This document shows positions 32,565 through 44,606 of a DNA stretch of 64,000 nt, piece after piece. The notes under the pieces were generated by a model. The model was given only the letters and a program-made list of their open reading frames with translations. It made no database searches and had not been told where the DNA came from. Source of the DNA: Piromyces finnis finn (taxonomy: Eukaryota; Fungi; Neocallimastigomycota); the NCBI GenBank assembly GCA_002104945.1, contig MCFH01000001.1, positions 1,240,001 to 1,304,000 of the forward strand. Direction: 5' to 3'. The number at the start of each line of letters is the position of its first letter. Within the stretch, counting starts at the first letter, position 1. The position numbers and the translations under genes are program-made.

Positions 32565-35500
32565 CTATGCTAACTTTAAATACTTTTTTGTATATGTATT
32601 AATGAAATAATATCCAATAATAGTCAAAATAACAAATACAATTCCTACTAATAATTCAAATATTTGAAATATTCTGGATGTTGTAAAGCAAATAGTTATT
32701 GAATTTGAAGACCATCTAATAAAATAAAATGCAGGTATTATTAATAAATTTTAAAAATTTAAATATTAATTATTTTTGATATTCAAAAAAATATAGATTT
32801 ACCTGCTTTCAACCCAAGTTGCTTCATCTTCTTTCTTTACAAAATATTTATTATTAAAAACATCATATCGTAATCCCGATCCATATGCTGGGTGAACAAA
32901 CGCTTGGCCTTCAATACAGAAGTTATTTATACATTGATATTTTCTTTTTGAGTATGGCATAGATTCAATTTTTTTCTTGGATTCATCATCTAATTCATCA
33001 AAATTAGGATACTATATATCATAATTTGTGAATTTCATTATAAATCATTAATCATATGGCATTTTTTAATAATTTTTTTTTTATTTTATTACCTCAAATT
33101 GTTTCATGCAATCGTCAATATATTTACAAGGAAAAGTTGTATTTCTTCCTGTTGATGTTATTAGAGCATAATTTGTTACCCAAGAATCAAAATTACTATA
33201 GGTATGAAGTGTTCCATTTAAAGAATAGTCATTAAATATACCTGAATAATGACTTACTTTAGATAATTTACCTATATCAATTATGTATATAAAATTAAAT
33301 ATAATTACTATAAAATTGAAATAAAAATTATATATTTATTTAATTACCTTCCACTTGACGTGTTGAATTATTTGATGTCAATAGTGTTTGCGCCAATGGA
33401 CAAGATATATTATGTGAAAGACAATACATCAATTCATTAACCTTTATGTTTTATTTGAAAAAAATATATGCAAATAAAAAAATTTTTAATACAATTCAAT
33501 ACAATTTTTTTTAAACAATTTTATTTTTATTTTGTTATTGATTTTTATACTATTAATAAATAAGAAATGAACTTTATAAATTACATAATTGCAATTAACA
33601 GCGACAGATGGTGGAATTAAATTAACATCATAATCAATTTCTTTATTTTGAGCATAGAGCCATACTGATTTTGCAATAATATCTGCTGTTTTACATACAG
33701 TATTGTCGTAAGTGGTTGAATTACTATCAATATCAAAACCGCTATGATAAAATCTTAATTAAATATATAGTAGAGTTTAATAAAAAAAAAAAAAATTTTT
33801 TTAAAAAATAAAACTAAAGTAAAATAATATTTATTATTTATTATTTATTATTTACTTATTTGTAAATTCAGTTTGAAAATCGCTTATAACAACCGCTGGA
33901 ATTTTTTGTTTTTTTAAAAAAGATTGAGAACTTGCTGGAGGTAATCCTAAGTTTTTAATTAAGCCTTCCCATGCAGGTTTGATATTATATGATGTATTTT
34001 GGCGTTTTAATTTATTTATGGTTTCATTTCTACTGGAACTGTCTATATTATTATTATTATCTACAATAATATTAGAAGCATCATTATTATTTGGTATAGC
34101 AGGTACACTATTTCCAAATACGGAATAAACTTTTGAAATTAAATTTGTTATTTTTAGAGTTTCTGAATCATTTTCATCATCAATATGCATAAAATATGTT
34201 GGGCTATCTGTATTGTTGCATCCACTACATGTTAATTGATTCAACTCTATAATTCCCTTGATATTATTTAATGTGATATTTTTAAAATCATCAAAATACA
34301 TGTATGGGTTAAAACATGAAGCATAATTTGAACATTCTTTATTTACACGTTCATTTTTATTGAGACATTTAAATGGTTCTGATATATCGTTGACAAATCG
34401 TTGAGATCCTCCATAACCAAATGATTCACCATTAAAAAACATAAATACTATATGATTTTGAAATTGTTCTGGTTTAATGTCTGACTTTGTTTATAAATAT
34501 ATGATTATTTATAAATAAAAAATATTTTTACAGCTATTACTTATTATAAAAATATTTAATATATAAAAGCAAAATATATACTCTTGATAAAGCATCTGCA
34601 ATGGCTAAATTAGCTACAATTCCACCAATTTGACTATTTGTTCCTATTGTATTCTCATGAAATAAACTGTTTCCATCGAGTTGAGCTGTTATAAATACAA
34701 TCTTTTTACCATCATTAGGATCTATTTTTCTTGAAAAAGAGCTCCAAATTGAATTACCACCAATTGGATCACAAGTTTCTTTTTATTATATAATAAAATA
34801 TTTAAAAGTTAATATATAATATTATTAAATAATATGAATTGAATTTTATAATTATATCAACTATACTTCTTGATAAGCATGTTATTGTATCTTCAGGTGC
34901 TAGCATAAAAGAATCAAATTTAATTGAATATAATGGATAATTTTTATATTTTCTTTTTTTATTAAATATATTAGCCTATTTTGAAAATTTTAATTCATAT
35001 TAATGCTAATTCATTATTTAATTCAAAAGTTATTATATATCTACTTCGATAATTGGTAGGACTGCATCTTTTACTGAATATCCATTTCCTGTAATACCAA
35101 AAATTGGAAAATCAAAATATTTAAATAACATTCCGTCTCCCTTTTAAAAATTTTATATTAACAGTATATATAAATTTAATTTTTAATATGATTTATTAAA
35201 TAAATTATTATTTTAAAATGTTTACTTACATGGGGATTCCATTTATAATTTGCCCTTTCATCTCCGGAATACTATTATAAAGGTATATAGTTATATTTCA
35301 TATTATATTTAATGAATTCGTATTTATTAATTTAAATATTATTATTTCATTGAAGAAAAAAACTTACCATTCCATATTCACAATTAGGACATTTTTTATC
35401 CGGAGAATATGGTTTTATCATTGGCTTATCATCATAAACTACAATTACTCCTACTACTTTTTTGGTTTCTTCTAATTTTACTAATTTTTCTCTTTACATA

Positions 35501-36068
35501 TTATTTCCATAAATAATAATAAGAGTTATTAAAAGTATTTTATTAAATCTAAAAATACTATACAAAAATATTATATATATATTTTAATAATTTACGCATT
35601 AACAAATACAGCTGATATAACAATTGCATATTTATCTGTTAAATCGGAATTATTTATAAATGATTTAAAATCTTCTTCTGAATCAATTCTATATATAATA
35701 CCCGAGGATGAACTTGCTATTGTAAATTTTATAGAATTTAATATTTACATTTTAAATTTTTTAAACATTTCATACAATTATTGATATATCTATATTTTTT
35801 AGAAATTACATTTGCTTCCAATTTTTGTTTTTGCATTTAATATTCTTGGGAATACAGTATCAAAATTTTTATATTCAGTTACTAAAGTCTGTGTAATATC
35901 TTTTTTTACTTTGCTACTTGTGCATTTTAAAACTTATTAAAAAATAGAATAAATTAACTTCATTATTATAATGAATATATAATAAACAATGAAAATTAAT
36001 ATATATACTTTTATATATTTTTTACCTTGTAACAGAAAATATATGATAATAAAAGAAAGAAGTTTCAT
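32565..36068 (-). CDS. NCSTN: Nicastrin-like protein, copy 2
   Basis: Same motif order: RILNAKTKIGS; DGNSLFHENTIG; FFNGESFGYGGSQRF; IIELNQL; LPPASSQSFLK; FYHSGFD; WVESRW; TM; TAG at 32567-32565. Intron positions largely match copy 1. Confidence 0.9.
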
Positions 36069-36846
36069 TCTTTTTTTCTTTTTTAATTTTATTATAATAA
36101 ATATTATATTGCTAAGTATATTTTTAGTTTTATTAAGTAAAATTAAATAAAACACATAAATTTAAAAAAAACTTTTTTTATTATTGTTATTACTATTTTT
36201 TTTTTATTGTTGTTATTGTTGTTGTTGTTCTTATTTGAAAATATAAAAGAATTTCTAATTAATACATTGTAATTTAAAAAAAAAAGAGAGAGATTAATTT
36301 ATTTAAGGTATTATATTAATTTTTACTTGTTTATATAACTTTGTTGTATAAATATAAAATCTAAATAATTAATAATTCCTTTTTATTTTTATTTTATTAT
36401 TATTGTTGTTATTTCTTATTTTATTTTATTTTATTTTTTTAAATGTTTATATTTAATTTTTATAAATTTCACAAAAAGACAAAATGCTGTGAATAATTAA
36501 ATTAGCTTTATTAAATTTAAATAACATAAATATATACATTATTATCATAAATATATTTTAACCTATGAAAAATAAATGATATGACACTTATAATTAATAA
36601 ATTACTATAAATAAAATTTTCAATATAAATTAAAATAATTTATAAACATTATTTGGATATTGTTAATCCTATTTATTTAAACAAAAATATGATAATTCTT
36701 ATACAAAAAAAAAAGGAATTAACTAATTTGTGAAAAATTAAATTATCAATATATTATAATATACGATAATCGATTATTTACTATATATTACTTTAATAAT
36801 TTATAAATAAAAACGATTGGTTTTTAGTTTTTTAAAATTTTTTTCA

Positions 36847-36892
<46 letters not shown>

Positions 36893-36927
36893 CTACAAAT
36901 TTTACTTATTAAATATTAAATTTAAAA

Positions 36928-39133
36928 ATGGAAACTAGATACGGTAATAAATAAGTTAATTAATTAATATTAGAAATTTTAATTTATAAAAACAAAAAGA
37001 AAATAGAAAATGGAAAAATTCTGTTAATAATAAATTAATGTTTTTTTATATTATATAATTTTATTAAATATATAATAAAATAATAATAAATAAAAAAAAA
37101 AAAAAGCCCTTCTTTCATTATCCGACAAAACCGGTCTTATTGACTTAGCCAAAGGTTTAAATGAAGTTGGTGTTACTTTAGTTGCTTCTGGTGGTACATC
37201 TAAGGCTATTCGTGAAGCTGGACTTCCAGTCATGTAAGAAATGTTATTAATAATAAATTATCCAATTTAATCAAAAATTAATTAGTATTGTTATTTATAT
37301 AGCGATGTTGCCGATATTACTAAGGCTCCAGAAATGTTAGGTGGTCGTGTTAAGACTCTCCACCCAGCTGTTCACGGAGGTTAATAAATTAATAAAAATA
37401 ATAAAATTGTTAATAAAAATAAAATGATTAAATATTCTTATTAAAAAATGAAAAATAATGGTATAAATAGGTATCTTAGCCAGAGAAATCGAATCCGATG
37501 TTAAGGAAATGAAGGAAAGAGGTTACAACATGATTGACTATGTTGCCTGTAATCTTTACCCATTCCAAAAATGTGTTGCTAGACCAGATGTCACTATTCC
37601 AGAAGCTGTTGAAGAAGTTGATATTGGTAAGAAATTAAATAATTAATTTAATAAATAAAATTTTAAATAAAAATCAAAATTTAATAGTAAGAAATTAAAA
37701 TATAATTAATATAAACTTAAAAATAAAAAGGTGGTGTTACTCTTCTTCGTGCTGCTGCTAAGAATCACGCTCGTGTTACTATTCTTAGTGATCCAAATGA
37801 TTACCCAGAATTCCTTGCTGAATTAAAGAAGAACTTCCAAGAAACTGGTAAGGCTTCTATTTCTCAAGAACTTAGAAACAAGTTCGCTGTTAAGGCTTTC
37901 TCTCACACTGCTGAATACGATACCGCTATTTCCGGTTACTTCAGAAAACAATACTCTGAAGGTGTTTCCAGATTAGAACTCCGTTACGGTGCTAACCCAT
38001 ACCAAAAGCCAGCTTGCGTCTTCACTAACAAGTCTGAACTCCCATTCAAGGTTTTATCTGGTAGTCCAGGTTACATTAACCTTTTAGATGCTTTCAATTC
38101 TTACCCATTAGTTAAGGAATTAAAGGAAGCTCTTGGTCTTCCAGCTGCTGCTTCTTTCAAGCACGTTTCTCCAGCTGGTGCTGCTGTTGGTACTCCATTA
38201 TCTGCTGATGAAGCTAAGGTCTTCATGGTTGATGATCTTACCGTTCCATTAACCCCATTAGCTTGTGCTTATGCTCGTGCTCGTGGTGCTGACCGTATGT
38301 CTTCATTCGGTGACTGGATTGCTCTTTCTGATCCATGTGATTTAGCTACTGCTAAGATTATTTCTCGTGAAGTTTCAGATGGTGTTATTGCTCCAGGTTA
38401 CAATGCTGATGCCTTAGAAGTTTTAAAGAAGAAGAAGGGAGGTAGATACTGTGTCTTACAAATCGATCCAAATTACGAACCAGAAGAAATTGAAACTCGT
38501 CAAGTCTTTGGTATGTACTTACAACAAAAGAGAAACAACTTAAAGATCACTAAGGAAGTTTTCAACAACATTGTTTCATCTAACAAGAACCTTCCAGAAT
38601 CTGCTATTCGTGATTTAATTGTTGCCACCATTGCTCTTAAATTCACTCAATCTAACTCCGTTTGTTACGCCAAGAACGGTATGGTTGTTGGTCTTGGTGC
38701 TGGTCAACAATCTCGTGTTCACTGTACTCGTTTAGCTGGTGACAAGGCTGATAATGTCTGGTGTCGCTTCCACCCAAAGATTCTTGCTTTCAACTTCAAG
38801 AAGTCTGTTAAGCGTGCTGAACGTTCTAACTGCATTGATCAATACATTACTGATCAAATTGATAACTTAGAACAATGGAAGCAATGCTTCGAAACTGAAC
38901 CAGAAATGTTAACTCGTGAAGAAAAGAAGGAATGGATTAGCAAGAATACTGATGTCGTTGTTAGTAGTGATGCTTTCTTCCCATTCCCAGATAACATTCA
39001 ACGTGCCAGTCAAAGTGGTGTTAAGTACGTTGCTGCTCCAAGTGGTTCTGTTCAAGATCCAGTTGTCATTGAAGAAGCCAACAACAAGAACATGACTTTA
39101 TGTTTCACTAACTATCGTCTTTTCCACCATTAA
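36928..39133 (+). CDS. ADE17: Bifunctional AICAR transformylase / IMP cyclohydrolase (PurH; Ade16/Ade17)
   Basis: METRY|[11 protein letters not shown]...ASGGTS...[21 protein letters not shown]...[18 protein letters not shown]...[12 protein letters not shown]...[11 protein letters not shown]...FTNYRLFHH*. Strong codon bias. Confidence 0.97.
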
Positions 39134-39668
39134 GCTATTTGATTTCTAATATGAAATAGGAAAAAATATTTATTTTTTTTTTTTTTGAATTTCTGTTATT
39201 ATTAGAAAATAAAAATAGTAATATTTAATAAGTTTTTAAATAGCAAAGAAAAAATAAAAAATAATCTCATAAAAATTATATATTGAAGATTATAAAACAA
39301 TTAAAAAAAACAGTTAAAATTAATATTTCAAGTATAAAAGAAAAAAATAGAATTGAAATGAGATAAAAAATATTTCCATAAAAATATAAAATACATAAAG
39401 ATTAATAAAAATAAAATAAAAAATTGAAATTTTTTTTAAATACTGAATAAATTAATTTTTTATTTTTAGCAATTTTGTAAGATCAGTTAAGTAGTCTAGA
39501 GCTATAAAAGAGATTATAAATTTGTTCTTGAAAAGATTTAATTTTTTTGACGTTGTTGGAAATCAAATGTTTTTTTTTAATTTTTAAAATTTAGATAGTT
39601 ATTTCGATAATAATAATAATCGTTCTAATAATCCGATGTACACAATAAAATATTTAAATTCCTTCTTT

Positions 39669-39683
39669 GGGGGGGGGGGGGGG
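39669..39683. repeat. G15 homopolymer
   Basis: Direct reading; it abuts the GC-richer integrase-like relic. Confidence 0.85.
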
Positions 39684-39714
39684 AAGTTTTAATAATATCA
39701 ATTCCAATTCAAGG

Positions 39715-39990
39715 GAATGGAAAGAAATTTACAAGTGTCAGATTCCATCGGACACTTATAAAGGAACATCATTCTTGATGGTAATAGTAGAACTTCTAAC
39801 CAAAATCATACCTTTTGTTATATTGGCCAGCAATGGTCAAGGTTCAAAAGATTTTGAAGCAACAGCCAAAGAGTGTCATTCATGCTGAAGAAACAGTAAG
39901 ACAGGCCAGGAGGGCCAGCGCAATCAATGGAGATCATAATTTTGTCCCATGACAAAATTTTGATCTTTGACTCGGTGTCCCATTGAAAAG
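39715..39990 (+). mobile_element. Degenerate Ty3/Gypsy LTR-retrotransposon integrase fragment (H2C2 zinc-binding region and start of core)
   Basis: GC-richer island. Joining frames gives IPS/RTLIKEHHS...YWPAMVK/DFEATAKECHSC*RN...P*QNFDL, which follows the integrase pattern IP..R..I..E.H...YWP.M..D......C..CQRN...PW....D, with frameshifts and TGA stops. Confidence 0.5.
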
Positions 39991-40718
39991 TTAAATACAA
40001 TTATTCTACTTTAGTATAATAGTAGATTTCTTACTTTAATTAAAATGACTCGAATACATTATACCCAATTTTTATTCATTTGTGTTTTTATTTAAAATCT
40101 ATTTTTTTTTTTTTTTCTTTTTTAATTTTTATTTTAATCCTATTTACTCTATCGAACATGACCCAATTATAAATGCTTTAAAAAAACAAATACTTTTTTT
40201 TTTTATATATGTTAAAAAAACAAAATTCTTATAACATAATGACTTCAAAGTATTTACTGTCGATAAAAAAAAAAAAACTATTTTATAACTATTTTAGATA
40301 ATGATTTTGATACTATAATAAATCTATAATATATATATGAAATTCTTACAATTTCATATATATACACTTTTTTTTTTTTTTGTACTGAATAATTTTATTT
40401 TTACAATGCATAAAGTTTTTTTTTTTTTTATAATTTATTTAGTTATTTTATTTTTATTATTTTTTTTTTATTTTTTTTTTATTTTTTAATAATTATCATT
40501 ATTGTTGTTATTTATTTTATTTATTTATTTATTTATTACTTTATTTTTTGTACCATTTGCTTTTATATATATGATAAGTTATATATATATTTTGCTCTAT
40601 TACAAGGATTTATTAGATAAATAGATTATTGAATATTTTAATAATATATAATTATTTTATTATTAAATTCATTATTTAAAATAAGATATAATTGCTACTT
40701 GTTATTATTATTATTATA

Positions 40719-40754
<36 letters not shown>

Positions 40755-40798
40755 AATTATTAATATAATTCATTATCGATGATATTTTATTTTAGAAT

Positions 40799-42387
40799 TT
40801 ATTCTTCTGGAGCAGCTTCTATTCTTTTCATACTTTCTTCATAAACCTTATCTTGTTTTCTATGTTGTTCAGCAATTTCATGAATTTTAAAACCAAAGAT
40901 TTTTGGAACATAACGTTCTTGAGTTCTTATTGGAATAAATTGTGGGTAAACTTGGAGTAATAGATGTGGGAATGTTGTACCAAAGAAAGCACCATCAATA
41001 CAGTTATGTTTCTTATTACTTGAGAAATATATATCTTCACAACGTGGGCAATATAAACGAACTGATTTTTGGAATGGAACATCTGTAAGACCAACTGGTA
41101 ATACATGTTGACGTTGACAGAGTACACGTGGACACTTACCGAAATCACCACGTCTAAATTTTTCAACCATTCTGGCTAAACCTCTGTTAGTAATAATATA
41201 ACGAGCATGAATTAAACCATAAAGTTTAACAGCAGATTTTTCTATTTCATGACGTAAATTGGCATCTTCAATTTCTTCTTCTAATGAATCGGTAATGAGT
41301 TGAAGGGCATAATGAAAGTGTTCAACTTCTGTATTTAAACCAGTTAAATTGAATCTATCTAAAATATAGCTTTCTTCAACTTCACAAAATAATTCATGAC
41401 CTTGAATTGATAAAAAGTAATCTACCCAATAACTATAATTATATATATAATTTATAAAAATTAATATAATATTAATTGATTAATTAAGATGACTAATTAA
41501 AGTAAATAATATCTATAAATATATTATTCAAATTTGATTATATATATAATTAAAGCATAAAACTAAGATGTGATAGCATTGAAACTATATTATTTAAATC
41601 ATTTTTATGAAATTTATAAATATATTTTTAATTAAATGTCATTATTAAAGTTATTTTTGTTTTGTTAATTAAAATTGATATAAAATCCATTTAATATATT
41701 CTTTACTGTTATATAAATAATTAATTATTTATAACATCAATTTTAGAATTTTTGAAATTTTATGATTTTTTCTTTCTTTAAATAAATTTAACCTTTTGAA
41801 ATATTGAATATATTTTATACTAAAAGTATTTCTAAATATCATAAGGTTTTTAATTTTTAATTGAATATTACTTTATGTATCTTATTAAATATATTCCAAC
41901 AGCTAAACAATTGCTTTTAACAAATGAATTTCTTTAAATATATAATATATTTTGAGTATATTTTATTGTTAACATTTTTTTATTCATCATTTGTTCAATT
42001 CAATTGATTTTTAAGGTGTTTGTATTTGTTATAAATAGAATTGTTCTCTTTGTTTTTTCTCCATTATATTAGCTTTAATAATGATTTTAATTAATAATCA
42101 CACAATTGAATTTTATATCCAAAATAAAGTTTTAAATTATGTATCTCTTTTATATTCTAAATTTATAGTAATAAATCTTTTTTTATTTAATCTAACATTA
42201 TAAATTATTTACTGTTTTTTCTAATTTGTTATTAATAATTGTAGAGTTGAATACTTAATTATCTACATAATCAAATATTGAAATTTGGCATATAAAAATA
42301 TAAAGAAAAAAAAAAAGAGATGTTATATTATGAATTTTAAAGTTAATCTATATACCGAGTGTAATCTGATCCACTTGAAACTTCCAT
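40799..42387 (-). CDS. CKB1: Casein kinase II regulatory subunit beta
   Basis: Exon 1 MEVSSGSDYT(R) at 42387-42356; exon 2 41432-40799 YWVDYFLSIQGHELFCEVEESYILDRFNLTGL...LYGLIHARYIIT.RG...DFGKCPRVLC...VRLYCPRCEDIY...IDGAFFGTTFPHLLL...YVPKIFGFKIH. Confidence 0.97.
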
Positions 42388-44606
42388 GTTAAATATTTAT
42401 ATTCTATTTGTTATATTTGAAAAAAAAAAAAGTTTATATTTAAATATAATATATATAATATAAAAATTGATGAGTAAAAAAATAAAGTTAGTGAAATCTA
42501 TTTATATATAAATATTATCATTATACTAATAACTATTTATTTAATGATATTAATATATAATTAATTGTAAAAAAAAATAATAATAATAATAATCTTTCAT
42601 CATGTATCTTTTATACTTAATAATAAAAGAAATAATTTAGTGTGTTTTTATTAAATTATTAATTCTTAAAAATTATATTTAAAAAGTATTTTTATATAAT
42701 TTCATCATAACATTTTATATATTATATATATATAACTTTTTGATAGTTTACATTGATATTAGTAAATTATTTAATATATAATTTAAATTCTAAAATTATA
42801 TATTTAAATTTTTTTGTTGAAAGATAAAGCAACAAAATAAAAAAAAAAATTTTCCCTATACCTTTAGTATCTCTTATTTAAAAATTTTTATTTATTTTTT
42901 TATATATATTATTATTATTTAAAAATTTTATTCATTCATTTATAAATGTTAATATATATAAAAGAAAAATACAAAATAATTTAAATAGTTGTGAAAATTT
43001 TTATATTAAAAAATAGTATTAAATTTAGGTTTGTTGTTATTCAACTTTTTTTTTTTTTTAAAAAAAATTATTAAAAATAAAGTTAATTTATTTTTCATAT
43101 AAAAGAAAATTTGTTAGTTTTCATTTATGGTAGGATTAATCTACTGTATGTTGAAGTAGCCTATTGTAAACTATAAACTAAAAATCACATTTTATTTATG
43201 TATTTATAAAGAAAAAAAAAAAAGTTATTTTCATTAATATTATTAAAAAATTTAAAATAATCTATTTCATTTAATTATAAATAACAAGATTTAATTTCTT
43301 TTTTCTCAAAGTTTGGTTTTTTTTTTTTTTTAACTAAATAAATCTAATAAAAACAGGTAGGATTTATCGTATATTAAAATAAAAGATATTTTATTTTCTA
43401 TTATCAATAAATATTTAATATTTTTATTTTATTATAATTTTATTATTGAATAAGGTTTTAATGAAAAGTTTAGTGGTGATAAAAAGTATATAATGTTAAT
43501 TAATCCAATAGGCTCCATTGATTTTTGTTGAACATTTAATATATCGAATATATATAACAATATAATTTCAATTTATTTTATAATGATGATTATATTGTTT
43601 TTATATTAATTTCATAGTTTAATATAAGTTAAATAAAAATTGTTTCAACTATTGGTTGGCTTACTTTAATAATAAAATAGTTGTACATTTTATCTACATT
43701 AATTAATACATTGATAATAATGAATATCATGTAGGTCATCAGATAAAATCCTTTTTTTTTTTTTCATATTATTAAATAAAAAATAAATAAAAAAAATACC
43801 TAAATTTTAATTAATTCTATTAGCAAAAAACTTTAGAAAATTCACTAAAAAAAAAAAAAAACATGGTTGCTTATTTTACCAGCATAAAAAAATAAAACGT
43901 TGATCAGTAGTAATAAGCATTTTACTCTATAATTTTGAATAAAACAAAAAAAAAAAACATTATAAAAACGATTTTTATAGGAGGAAATATTGTTTTAATT
44001 GTTATTAATTTGTTTTTATTTACTGATAGATGTTTTAATTTTATATAATTATTGAAAATAAATATATACATTATATACATTTATTGCTATTTTTAACTTT
44101 TTTTCATTTTAATAATGAAAGAATTTATAAAAAAAAATACCATAATATATAAAAAAGTAAATTGTAATATAAAAAAAAAAAAAAAGGTTAAAAAAAATTG
44201 AAAAGATAAAAAAAAATAAAGAATAACGTTTAAATAATAAAATTTTTTAAATATTATAATTTTTGCTTCTTTTTTATATATGTGTTATTTTTGTTTGTTT
44301 TTTTCTTTTTTTTTTTTTTTTTTTTTTTTTGCTTTTTTAATTTTTGTATATATATATTTGATTTTATTTATAATTATATAAAAAGAATAATCTGTTTTAT
44401 TTTTGTTTTTTGATTTGATTTGGATTATTGTTATTTAATGTTTATTTTTTGGTGAAATAAGTTATTGACAAGTATAAAAAAATGATTATAAATTCGATTA
44501 TTACAAATTTATAGTGATTATTTTTTTTTAAAGTAATTGGTTTCTAATTTTTTTTTTTATTTTCTTTTGCAATGTTAAAAAAAAAACTTTGTTATTTCTA
44601 ATTAAT

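Noticed and set aside
39818-40000. Minus-strand ORF containing ISIDCAGP, superficially like an integrase core start
   Set aside because: The plus-strand reading gives a longer, correctly ordered H2C2-YWP-CxxC-PW pattern; the minus-strand match is probably coincidental.
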